Shown: positions 36,896-48,813 of the stretch, piece by piece | Layout: every line of letters starts with the position of its first letter | Numbering within the stretch: position 1 is the first letter of the stretch | Source: Sminthopsis crassicaudata | Lineage: Eukaryota | Reading direction: 5' to 3' | Length of the DNA: 64,000 bases | Assembly (NCBI RefSeq): GCF_048593235.1 | Contig: NC_133619.1 | Coordinates: forward strand, 73,794,454-73,858,453 | The notes under the pieces: generated by a model | Told to the model about the DNA's origin: nothing | Database searches by the model: none | What the model saw: only the letters and a program-made list of their open reading frames with translations | Program-made: the position numbers and the translations under genes

Positions 36896-39499
36896 TGATC
36901 AGTCACACCAATAACATTAGACTTAAGATTTTCATCACTTTTTTGGCCATAGAAACTATCATCTATTTATTTGTTTTTTATGGTGCCATCATTTTATAGC
37001 AGAATGTTTACTCTTCTAGAATGACTGAGACTTGGGTTCTAGGCTTCCCTGTATTATAAACTTGTTATGTGACTATGAGCATTTCAATTCAATTCTCTAG
37101 ACCTTAGGTTTTATTTTTTTATTATTATTTTTTTTAAACAACAAAACAGAAATGGCATAACCATTTATGTGAGACATTTCTGGGCTCTCCCCAAGGTCTT
37201 TTAAAATTCATAATAAAAGTTCATAAACTAATCAAATGTATATAACCATTATGCATTAAGAAATTCATGCATGGTTCTCCAAGCATAAAGAACTAAGCAA
37301 AAGACTAGAAATTAAAGGTTATGAGAATAAAATCTCTGCTCCACCTTAATGTTAAAATAGACCATTTTACAAATGAAAACAAATATTGAGGACCTGAATG
37401 AGTAATGTGTTTATTTTAATATGTACTAGTTGTTACTTCATTTAAACTTCAATCAGGAATTGTATTTCCCCTTGTATAACTGAGCAAGTTTATGTGTCTA
37501 CACTATGAGATGCATATGTCTCACTATGTGTACTCTACTCTGGCATCCACACCCATGAAATTCTTAAGAGCAAAAAGGTCTAAGCAACCTAGTCTTTATG
37601 AATTTTAATGATTATATGTGTCACAATCATTTGGAAAAAAAGTGCACATATCTATGTATGTATACAAAGATATAAATATATATATATATGCAAAAGTATG
37701 TATACATACATAAATTTTTCATTTTAAAATGTGTTTAATTTTTTTTCAGTAAATGTTACTTTATAAGGCCACCGTAGAAAAGCATGTTAAACCGATTACC
37801 AGAGATCAAAGACTTTTTCTGGAACAAAATGATGCTCATGCACATAATACATAGTATACATAATATAGGCTGAAAGAGTACCATGTTCTTGAAGTTTAGC
37901 AAAAGCTGAGAGATCTGTTTAAAACAAAGTCCAAAGCTTGCAGACTCAAGGGTCATATGATAATCTCAAAAAGTGGTGGAAGATGCTGAAGTGTTGCTTG
38001 GAAAACTCAGATTGGCAAAATAAATGTTTTCAAGGACAAAGGGTGAAGGTGGATGCTATAGAAACAGACTATTCTTGCAGAAAATTTCCCAGAGTGAATA
38101 AGTAAGGCTGGCAAAGAGCTAAGTCAGTATAGTGAAATCTTGGATGACCTGAAGATACAGAAGCAAGGTCTGAATGATCATGGAGATTATGATGTAAAAT
38201 AAAGTTACAATAAATGAGGTATGACCTTTGGGGGAAAAAAAAAGTCAATTCCCAACCAGCCCATCACTGAAGCTTGACATTCAATCATTAGAGACTTATT
38301 GTCACAAATATTTCTTAACACTGAATCAGATATTTGCATTTGAATATGAATAAGTTCATAAATGTATTTTATTGAGAGCAATTTCTGATAGGTGGCCATG
38401 AAGTCACTAAGGAATTCTTTAAATAAAAGTTTCCAATGGATAAAGTGGAAAATTTTTAAATTTAATTTATAATTTCACTAAGGACTATCCATGAGAAAAA
38501 AGACATTTAAAAATGCTAAAACCACCATTTCATTTGGTTGATCCAATAAAATTATTGGTGAATTAGTGGGAGGCAAATATTTGTCAAGCAACTAACCCCA
38601 TCAGCCAATTATTTTAATAAATGTAGTTACTCTGTTAACATTTGTAAATGGGAAAATGATTTTGTTTTGACAGAGAGTTACAGGCCTATAGGGTAAAGAC
38701 AAAAAAAAAAAAAAAAGAAGAGGATTAGGTTTTTACTATCACATAATATTAACACACCTATAGTTAACAGTGAATTTGGTCATTCAATATACATTTAACA
38801 TTCAGGAAAACCACACATGGTTTTGTTTTCTGCATTTGGCTCAATATTTTAATTTTGTAGTAGCTTCCTACTGTTAACCTGTATTAATAGAGGGTGCTTG
38901 GCATATTGAATAGAGTATAAGCTTGTCAGGAAGACTGGAGTAAATGTCTTACCTCTGATACATTTTGACTAAGTGACCTGTGACCTGACACAAACCATAA
39001 GTATACTCTGTTGGTAGAGGACATTAAAAAAAAAAAAAAAAAAAAACCAAACATGAAGTATATATTAAAAACAAAAGAAATCAGAGATTTGCTTAAAAAA
39101 GAAGAAAAAATTTTATAATCTATTTCCTCAATGTGTTAAACCTAGAGGACATAAATTTAATCCAATATTTATATTAGCTATTAAATAAATACAATATCAC
39201 AGAATCTTAAAGTTGAAAGTGATAACAGAAGCTATCTCATTGTCTACATACACTCTTTATGGGTAAGGAATCTTTGTGTTTTTCTCAATTTTGCAGTGTC
39301 TTAAACACAATAGGCATAGAACCCAATAAATGTTTGAATATGATTGACTAAGAAATATTTTTAAAAAGGTACACACAGATTTCAGTATTAAAAAATGAAA
39401 TTATTTCATTGAATGCTGCACCCATAATTTGGGGAACTGGGACTTCATTAGACTTCACAATCTTTGCACCTATAAGTCTATAATTTCTAGTTTTAGACA

Positions 39500-39615
39500 A
39501 TTATCCAAGGCTCAGAGAATAGAACTTCCTCATGGTCACACAGCTAGTCATTATTATGTAATGGATTTGAATCCAGTTGTTCCTGACTCCAGCTCAGTGT
39601 TTTATCTGCATGATT
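39500..39615 (-). mobile_element. MIR fragment
   Basis: aaggctcagagaatagaacttcctcatggtcacacagctagt...ggatttgaatccag...ctgactccag. Confidence 0.7.
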
Positions 39616-40124
39616 ACTATCTCCAGATGCTTTTAGAATATCAGAAAAATGGAAATATGAAATACTTTTTACAGCGAGTTACAATGTTTGAGTTGAATTA
39701 ATTTTCAAAAGGGGTAGCCTCAAATAATATCATAGTTATAGGCAGAATTTTAGCTATTCCTGATGTTCCAGCTGGGTTTAAACACCAGACAATCTGGTCT
39801 TTAGCATGGCTAAAAATATGTACTGCTACATGAATTCTGAGTCAACAAATCTTGGAAATATGCAATCTGAATAAGTTTGTACAAACCTGACCTTTGCAGG
39901 TCACCTCTGATCAAAGAAGCAGAATATAGTAGCATTTACATTAGCTAAAGTAGACTTCAACTGGGGGTGAGGGTGGTGGTGATTTGAAAGTAGCAACCCC
40001 ATTTTCTAATTAATTCAGTGAGGGAAAAAAGTGGTATTTTAATTTTGGAAACAAGCAACAGAGTTGAAGTAAACTTTTCCAAACTCACCCTTTGCTTGAG
40101 AAAAACAAAACAGGCTGCTATTCA

Positions 40125-40275
40125 GGGATGGTATGCCAAGTGGACTGCATACTTTTCTTAGAATCTGAAAAAATTTGATCCCTGATTCTGACACATATGA
40201 GGTCTGTGACCCTGGACAATCAACTCAATCGTTTAGTGTCCCAGACAAACCTCTAAGATGATAAGTTATGCAACA
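40125..40275 (+). mobile_element. Marsupial CORE-SINE (same type as 436-605)
   Basis: ctgattctgacacatat..tgtgaccctggacaa...tagtgtcccagacaaacctctaagatgataagtt. Confidence 0.65.
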
Positions 40276-40933
40276 ACCATGAAAGCAAAACAAAGCTTCC
40301 AAAATATTGTAATGACTGAATTTTTAAAAGTGTTTTCAGGGCAGGGAAGATGATCCATGAGAAAATAACTTGAAAAAAAATTGGTAATTTTTTTCAAAAT
40401 ACTTTATAACTTGAGTGGAATAATTTTTCTTAGTTACACTAACAAGTCAGTCATATTAACTAGTACATGTCTCAGGAGAAAGACAGATTTTCTTCTTATG
40501 ACTCACAAATTTTTAGATTGACATGCTGGCAAATAGTATAATGCTGCAGTAACTCACATTTCTGTATTATTCTATAATGTACAATATGTTTTCTATACAA
40601 TGATATTTTAAGGTAGGCATAGCTATTTTAAGGATAAGAATATTTAGAATTGTAGAACCTTACAGATTTGCCAACAGGTGAAAAAAAAACTCAATAAGGA
40701 TCAGAACTAAGGTCTACATTCAATTGTCCCATTATACCAAATCCAGTGGCATTTTAATTGTTGGTGGTGATGTCTGGCTGTTTATTTTTAACCCATTTTA
40801 TTTTTTTATTTCCCTTGCTAGATTATCTGTCACTGGACATGACTGTAACAACTGAACAACAACAAATATGCATGTTTGTATGCAAAAATGGATATATGTA
40901 CATATATGTATATGTATTAATTGATTAAGTATT

Positions 40934-41961
40934 AAATGATTAAGAGTATTAAATGCTGCAGAGAAGACAGAATTATAGGGACTAAGAAAAGGCAGTTTAG
41001 ATTTTACAATTTAGATATTGTTATTATTAGTTATTAAATTAAAAAGAGAGCCATTAACACGTTTTACAACTCAGGGAATAGATAGTAAGTTCCTTTTGGT
41101 TTGGACTATAAGGTTATTGACAAGCAGAAGTATCAAATAAATTTGGAAAAATAGGAGACAGATTATGCCAAACTAAAGAATTTATATTTATTTTAGTGGT
41201 AATGGGGACTCACAAAAGATTTTGGGACTGGGTAATAACATAGGCATATATGCACTTAGGAAACTTATTTTGGCAGATGTAGAGGAGAAGGGAAAGGATG
41301 GAAGCAGGGCATTCAATTAAGTGGTACTTACATAGTCAAAGATGTGACAAGGGCTTGAACTAGAATGAGATTCATGTTAATGGACAGAAGAGAGATGTGC
41401 AACATTTTATATGCCACTTGGCAATAAATTGGATATCAAGGGAAAGATAGAGATAAGCCAAGAATGACTCCAAAGTTTTGAACCTGGTTAACTGAGACGA
41501 TAGAAAAGTTTGGAAGAAGGATAGATTAAATGGGAAGTATTTTTCATTTTATATATGCTCAGTCTGAGATGCTTAGGGCATTGGTAGGAGGAAAATATCT
41601 AATGAGTAGTTAAATATTCTGAACTAGAATTCAAAGTGAAGATTTCAGATTGAATATTAATTTGGAAGCCATTTTCATATAAATGACAATTAAACATATA
41701 GAATTAGAGAAGACATTAAGAGGAAGAATATATAGAAATAAGACCCTGCACAGGATCCACAGAGGAGATTGGAAAGAAATAGCTAACAATCTAGAGAAAA
41801 ATCAAGGGGAAGCTGTGTAACAAAAACTCAGGAAGAGAAAGTGTAAAAAAGGAAATAAATGATTAAGGGTATTGAATACTGCATAGAAGGCAGAATTATA
41901 GAGACTAAGAAAAGGCAGTTTAGATTTTACAATTTAGATATTGTTATTTTTAGTTAGTAAA
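40934..41961 (-). mobile_element. L2 relic bracketed by a 105-bp direct repeat
   Basis: agccaagaatgactccaaagttttgaacctggttaactgag and aattggatatcaaggg are L2 segments; copies at 40934-41038 and 41857-41961. Confidence 0.8.
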
Positions 41962-42143
41962 CAAGAATTTATTAATTTACAAATTTAACAATAGAGTGTG
42001 GGGAAATTGGAGTCAAGAAGACATGAATTAAAATTCCATCTCAGATATTAACTATATGACTCTAGAAAAGTCACTTGTTTATGCCTTGGTTTTTTCATTT
42101 GTAAAAAATGGGAAAACAACAGAGATGTTTTGAGAATCAAGTG

Positions 42144-42299
42144 NNNNNNNNNNNNNNNNNNNNNNNNNNNNNNNNNNNNNNNNNNNNNNNNNNNNNNNNN
42201 NNNNNNNNNNNNNNNNNNNNNNNNNNNNNNNNNNNNNNNNNNNNNNNNNNNNNNNNNNNNNNNNNNNNNNNNNNNNNNNNNNNNNNNNNNNNNNNNNNN
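42144..42299. other. Assembly gap (156 N)
   Basis: N run. Confidence 0.99.
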
Positions 42300-42329
42300 A
42301 ATATTAGAGTACTATGCCAGTGATGATGA

Positions 42330-43020
42330 TGATGATATTGAAGAAAATGGTACTAAACCTATAAATATTGCAAGCACTGTGCTAAAGCAATGAGAAAATA
42401 GAGGCAAAAATTAAATCATCTCTTTCTTCATGGAATTTGTATTTTAGTGGGAGAGGCAGCATATTCACATATCAGTACATACAGGGCAGGTTGGGAAAGG
42501 AAGGCAGCTGAAGGTTTGTGCAGAAACTGATACTAGATCTGAATCTAGAAGAAAACCAGGAATTCTAGAGGTGTGGGTGATGAGGAAATATAGAACAGGC
42601 ATGATGACCCTTGGAGAAAGCAATTTTAATTAAATGTTGAGGTCAGAAGTGAGATGACAGGAAGTTGAGAACTGAGTGGGTCTTGTTGAAACAAAGGCCA
42701 TATGCGTGGACAATTTTTTTTAATAGGAAAACTTTTCTGTGGCACAGTATGGCCAAGTGATTTTATTTTTTATTTTGAATTATTATTATTTTTTTTAGAT
42801 TGGGAAGACCTATGTTTTGATTGGCAATAGAGAAAGAATCAATTCAATGGAGAATTCTAAAAATGAAAGAGAAAGAGGAAAACACTTGAAGGATATGGAA
42901 GGAGACAAATTGAAGGACCACTTTCTTGGACAGTAAAGTTAAGAAGAAACTGATGTTTAAGGATGTCTAGAAATTCTGAAAGGTGGAGGAGGAGAGATAA
43001 GAGACCACAAGATAGCTGAC
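42330..43020 (-). mobile_element. L2 relic fragments
   Basis: gcaagcactgtgctaaagc...tcatggaatttgtattttagtgggagag...tgaatctagaagaaaaccaggaattctagag. Confidence 0.6.
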
Positions 43021-43096
43021 CTCAATTCAACCAATAATTAAATTTGACTGATCAACTCTTGGGTAATATAAGGAAGCCTATGTTTCATTAAGTTAC

Positions 43097-43330
43097 TTTT
43101 TTTTTTTTAAGTGTTGTTATACAAGCTTTATTCTTCCAGAAGAGTGCCCATCTTCCATAATGGAGGTGCCCAATGTACTAGAGGTTTTCTAGGTCTGCCA
43201 ATAGTGTCTGGTTACTATTGCGACACTCAGCTCTTGCTACATGACCTGCCTGCTTCTTCTTCTGGTTCATATGCCACTTCTTTCATACAAATAATTTGTG
43301 ATATATTGTTGATGGCATTATATTGTATCC
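43097..43330 (-). mobile_element. RTE LINE 3' region relic ending in AATAAA and an A12 run
   Basis: Minus strand gaagtggcatatgaaccagaagaagaagcaggcaggtcatgtagcaagag resembles the RTE ORF end (W-A-G-H-V-A-R motif, decayed). Confidence 0.55.
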
Positions 43331-43671
43331 AACTTAGATCTTTCAACCAAATCAGCTTTTCTCTCTGAGTCACATGCATTTTTGATAGAACACCAAGAGG
43401 ACAAACTGGAGCTATAATTTGCTAAAAGAATATTAGTGTCAAAAAGATGGGTTTCTGTGTTATGTAGCAGCTTGGGCTTGTTTAAAATTTCATGTAGTTT
43501 TTCAACTGCAATTCAAACTACTTTCTTCCTCCTATTCAATTCTAGACTGAAATTACTGTTCACCTGCAGAACTAATGATATAATTCCCCAAAAGTCAAAC
43601 CTTTAGTTTCTTGAAGTGTTTTGTTTTTGTTTTTTTTTTTTTTTTTTGGTAATCAGTTCTAAAATCAGTGG

Positions 43672-43817
43672 NNNNNNNNNNNNNNNNNNNNNNNNNNNNN
43701 NNNNNNNNNNNNNNNNNNNNNNNNNNNNNNNNNNNNNNNNNNNNNNNNNNNNNNNNNNNNNNNNNNNNNNNNNNNNNNNNNNNNNNNNNNNNNNNNNNNN
43801 NNNNNNNNNNNNNNNNN
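43672..43817. other. Assembly gap (146 N)
   Basis: N run. Confidence 0.99.
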
Positions 43818-43944
43818 TATTTGTTTATTTTATCCTTGATCTTGAGCAATATCTCTTTATGATTTAATTATTTTCCTTTTGTACATGATACACACCTATT
43901 GTCTGCTAGGGAACTTCCTTACTCAGTTTGGTCATTAAATAGTA

Positions 43945-44095
43945 ATAATAACAATAATAACACTAATTATAATTATTATTATTTATATAGTACTTTAAGC
44001 TTGCAAAGCACTTTACATAAGTTAACTCATTTGATACACATAACATATCCAGTAAATTGGATGCTATAATTATCCCCATTTTAAAGATGAAATAA
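43945..44095 (-). mobile_element. MIR 3' half
   Basis: atttatatagtactttaagcttgcaaagcactttacat...tgctataattatccccattttaaagatgaaa. Confidence 0.85.
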
Positions 44096-44224
44096 TTTTG
44101 ATTGCATTATATGTTGAATTGGATTTCCTTACATTGACTTAAATTAATCAAGGCAAAAATTAAATTGTCCTTTTCTATAAATTTTCATATGTCCATCTTC
44201 CATATTACTCTAGGAAGCACTTGT

Positions 44225-44470
44225 TGATCAGTCATTTTTCAGTTATTTTGACTCTGTGTGATCCTGTTTGAGGTTTTCTCAGCAAAGATGTTGGAGAAAT
44301 TTGCTATTTCCATCTCCAGCTCATTTTAAGGAGTAGAAAACTAAGGTAAACAAGATTTGATGATTTGTCTAGGATCACATACCTAGAAAATGTCTGAAGC
44401 CAGATTGGAACTCAGAAAGTAGAGTCTTCCTGGCCTGTTATTCTATCTATGTACTAGCTAGCTGCCTCCT
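44225..44470 (-). mobile_element. Mar1-type CORE SINE
   Basis: gactctgtgtgatcctgtttgaggttttctcagcaaagatgttggagaaatttgctatttccatctccagctcatttt. Confidence 0.85.
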
Positions 44471-45014
44471 AGACAGCACTATCACTTCTCTAGAAAATGT
44501 CATCAATATATACTTTAACTAACTCTCTTTCATTTAAGTGGCCCAAGAACTTCATATGGCAAGTACCATAAGGCATTATTATCAACAACTTTAAGGAAAC
44601 CAGGCTCATAGGGGTCAAACAAATTGCCCATAGTTTGCCTTTAACTAATCAATGCAGAAGATAAAATTTGAACTCTGGTCTTTACAAGATCCTAGTTTAT
44701 CATTATCATTATCACACCAAGTCACTTCTTCCCAAGAATGTTCCTCTCCCTGGGCGTGGTCTAGATCTCATCACTCCCTCTAGGGAGTGTCTAAATTCAG
44801 GAATCTAAGAACTTGGCTGGGATTCCAAAGGAAAGGCCCACTTCATAGGAAAGAGAAACATATATATATACTGAGTCCTGGAATCTCATAATTGCCTGAG
44901 GAAAAAAGACAAACCAATCATAATAATTAACTTGGATTACTGATAAAACATCAAAACATTTCTACTGTATCACTCATCCTTCCTAGGAATCAGTACATAA
45001 AATCAAAGAGAATC

Positions 45015-45305
45015 AGAAAGTTTGAATTCCAGCCCCACTGCCATCACTTACCAAAGGTTGACTTAACAGTCAACCTTTCTGAGACTCATTTTTTTTTTCA
45101 TTTTTAAAATAAAAATAATATTTGGGTTCTTCTACTTTATCGGCTTGTTAAGAAGAAAATATCTGTTTAATCTTGCTCAAGTCACTTAATTTCTGTGGGT
45201 CTCAGTTTCTTCAATTATAAAACAAGAGGATTGGATAATATGCCTTCTAAGGTCTCTGGCAGCTCTAAATCTATTGCCACGGAAATATTAAAGCTCTACA
45301 AATGT
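45015..45305 (+). mobile_element. MIR plus MIR3 fragments
   Basis: Two cores (tttctgagactcattttt; aagtcacttaatttctgtgggtctcagtttcttcaattataaaa) and tail gccttctaaggtctctggcagctctaaatct. Confidence 0.7.
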
Positions 45306-45677
45306 TATTTATTATTATTTTCATAAATTTCTTGCTGGGAGAGTACAGTAAATTCCATGTAATTTTATGTGGATTTCTTGCTTCTCAAATTGCAAATGCT
45401 AACATATCTTAAGCAAACAAAATTAGAAAGTCTTATCTTAAAAAAGCTCAAGAATGATTTTTCTTTAATTCTAGGATCTCCTTGTGCCCATATTTAGAGT
45501 TTGAGTCATTTGTACATTCCTTTGGTTAGATTTTTCTCCTACATGAGAGTTCTTTTAAACATCTATTTCCTACTTCATATAAAATAGTAATTCCCCAGTT
45601 TATCTGTTTCCCCTCAACATGTTACCTGTTAGGTTGTTCACTGGACTCCTAGATTCCTTATTCATGTTTTCAGTGTC

Positions 45678-46097
45678 NNNNNNNNNNNNNNNNNNNNNNN
45701 NNNNNNNNNNNNNNNNNNNNNNNNNNNNNNNNNNNNNNNNNNNNNNNNNNNNNNNNNNNNNNNNNNNNNNNNNNNNNNNNNNNNNNNNNNNNNNNNNNNN
45801 NNNNNNNNNNNNNNNNNNNNNNNNNNNNNNNNNNNNNNNNNNNNNNNNNNNNNNNNNNNNNNNNNNNNNNNNNNNNNNNNNNNNNNNNNNNNNNNNNNNN
45901 NNNNNNNNNNNNNNNNNNNNNNNNNNNNNNNNNNNNNNNNNNNNNNNNNNNNNNNNNNNNNNNNNNNNNNNNNNNNNNNNNNNNNNNNNNNNNNNNNNNN
46001 NNNNNNNNNNNNNNNNNNNNNNNNNNNNNNNNNNNNNNNNNNNNNNNNNNNNNNNNNNNNNNNNNNNNNNNNNNNNNNNNNNNNNNNNNNNNNNNNN
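45678..46097. other. Assembly gap (420 N)
   Basis: N run. Confidence 0.99.
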
Positions 46098-46135
46098 TGT
46101 GTGTGAGTGTCCATGTCTCTTACATACATACATAT

Positions 46136-46378
46136 AGGCAGCAGATGGTCAGTGGATAGAGTGAAAGGCCTAGAATCAGGAAGTCTCATCTTTTTGTGTT
46201 CAAATCTGGACTCAGCCACCTATTAGCTGTGTAACCCTAGGTGAGTCACTTACCCTGTTTGCCTTAATTGATTAAAGAAATGGCAAACCTTTCAAGTATC
46301 TTTGTCAATAAAACCCCATGGTTTGTATGATCTACAAAGACACAAAGAATTAGAAAGGTCAGAAAAACTGAACAACAA
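46136..46378 (+). mobile_element. Mar1-type CORE SINE
   Basis: ggcagcagatgg..agtggatagagtg head; aaagaaatggcaaacc..agtatctttg; ends actgaacaacaa (RTE tail). Confidence 0.85.
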
Positions 46379-46793
46379 TGTATGTATGCATTTCTAAATA
46401 TATACATACACACACAAAATGCATATATTAACTAATAAAGAGAATAGTCCAGTATCCATGTGGAAAGGGATTCAGTACTGATTATGACAACAATATATGT
46501 CCAGCCACTACTTTTCAGAACTCAAAAAAAAAAGCTTCTGTCAAATTTAATTCCATTTATCTGTCACCTGCATGTCTTTTTCCAGGCTTTTGAAAGTTTA
46601 CAGTCTTGACAAATTTAAGAGAAATTTCACTTTAACAAAATGTCAAAGAAAAGTATCCTTTTAGAAACCAAAAAATAACAGGGAGAAAATTGAATGCAAA
46701 AATAGAATTGGCTAGAAACCAGAAACCACAAGAAGTCCCTACAGGAAATGGAACAAATCAGTTACTCCAGTGGAGACTTTTCCCCCCAAGACT

Positions 46794-46811
46794 GGGTGGG
46801 TGGGGGTGGGG
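46794..46811 (+). other. G-quadruplex-forming motif GGGTGGGTGGGGGTGGGG
   Basis: Four G tracts of 3 or more with single-T loops. Confidence 0.7.
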
Positions 46812-48739
46812 ATGCAAGATGGGAGTTTAGATATTAAGGGAAACTGCACCATCAGAAGTTTAGAGGGTTTTCAAGTTCTATGTAAGACAAATTCAAATCA
46901 CTTCATTCAGAAACAATTTCAATGGAAAGGAGCTAGCATTCTATTGGACATTATATCATGTTTATTGAGTATAGTTGGGGTTATATTTAATTTCCCAAAT
47001 TAAAGCTATGAACTATTATAATTGTCCTGTTTAGTACTTTGTATAGCTGGGAGCTGTGGAAACACTAGAAGGGGGACAATCTGTGTCAATGGTTCAAAAG
47101 ACCCAAAAGGCCTTTCCTCTCTGCTCCTGGACATCCCCACCACTAAATCTAAATAAAAGAGCATTTGGCAGAACCAGCTCCTTCCTAGCAGCTGTAACTG
47201 ACATTGAGCAGGTGCTGCCACTGAACATTTTTAACCACACAGGCAGATTTGCACACTGGACTGACTGGACTGACTGTTAGTTTAGGGAGTTTGTCAAAGG
47301 TCATGAGGCTTACTAATGACAGATGTCTCTTGATCTCCTATTTTATACATCTAGTGATGGAGAGGCAGAAAAATCACTACTGGAAAAGACCTTAGAGTTC
47401 ATTTTACCCAAATTCTTTACTATTACAGATTAAGAAACTAAGGTCTAATCCAATCCAATCCAACAAATATTTACCATGAACCTGCTGTTTGCAATGTACT
47501 GTTCTGCTCTGGGAACTATAAAACTGGAACAAAAAAGCAACCACTGATGTTAATAAGTTTAGACCTAAAGAGATTTATATCACTACCTATCATTATCTTC
47601 TTTTATATTTTTATGACACTTTTCAGCTGGCAACATTTTTTAAACACTATCTCATTTGATTTTCACAACACATTTGTTTTGAGAATTTTCAAAATAATCT
47701 ATTTCTTCTGACTTTTTTTTTTTTTGAAAATGGAAACTAAGTAAACCCTGATGAATGTGATGGTATATTTAAATCCTAAAAAATCTCTGTTGAACTCCTA
47801 AACAGGCCTTTTTCCATCCATGGCCATTTTGATTGAGTTTAAGGTTCAATGGAAAACAAAGCAAAACAAAACAACAGCAAAACCCAAGCCAATAACTCCA
47901 ATCTGTCCCAGTGGCAGGGCAGAAAAGAAGGGAACAGGAGTAGTGGAAAGGAAATGAGAAGGAGAATAATAGAGGGAATCAAGTAGAGCAATATAGGTAA
48001 GAGAGAATAACTAAAGACCACCTAAACTGTTCATATGAAATTTACATTAATGTGCAAAAATATCTCAAATATTCCTTGCCTTATATACAAGTGAAACATA
48101 AAATTAGAAAAAAGTTTTTAAAGAACACATAAAAATCAAAATTACATATAACATAATTTATATTTCATATTATGTTACATGTCATTTTATAATTTTATAT
48201 ATTATTATAATTTATATTGTAGTAAATATAAAATGAAACCTTGCAAGTTAGAACTTTTAACAAAAAAACTCATTTAATGTAACCTATTCAAAATTTACTG
48301 ATCTTAAAATACAAGTACTTTTTCTTTTTGCTAGGTTTTTTAAAAATAATTTTAGCATAAAATTTTGCTTACTTAAAAATTAAAGAAAAATGAAGTTAGG
48401 AATATTTCATGTATTTTTGTAAAATATATTTATAGACTATTTCAAAATTTATAATTGAAAAGTAAATATAATATTTGTGTGTATAAATGTACAAAAATGT
48501 ATCTGCCCCAAATTGCAACTAGATTATAAATTCTACATTTTAAAAACAATTGGTTCAGGAAAGTTGTACCTATGTAAAAGATGGACTACACTTTCATGCT
48601 TTCAAATCACAAAAGTGAATATTCATATAACGTTGGAAATAATTCATTATTCAAAATTGTGTATATATAATTATATATGTATATATTATTATATATGTGT
48701 ATATGTATATATAATTATATATGTACATATAAAAATTCA

Positions 48740-48813
48740 TACAGGGTTTCCCCAAAGTCTTACAGCTTTAACAGTTTAAAAATGTTATTAAGACCTTTGA
48801 GATAAGCTGCATA
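48740..48813. mobile_element. Tc1/mariner-type palindromic MITE relic
   Basis: tacagggtttccccaaagtctta ... taagacctttgagataagctgcata: decayed terminal inverted repeats, TA flanks. Confidence 0.6.

Noticed and set aside
36357-36999. 185-aa and 98-aa ORFs
   Set aside because: L1 3' UTR read into a CT microsatellite.
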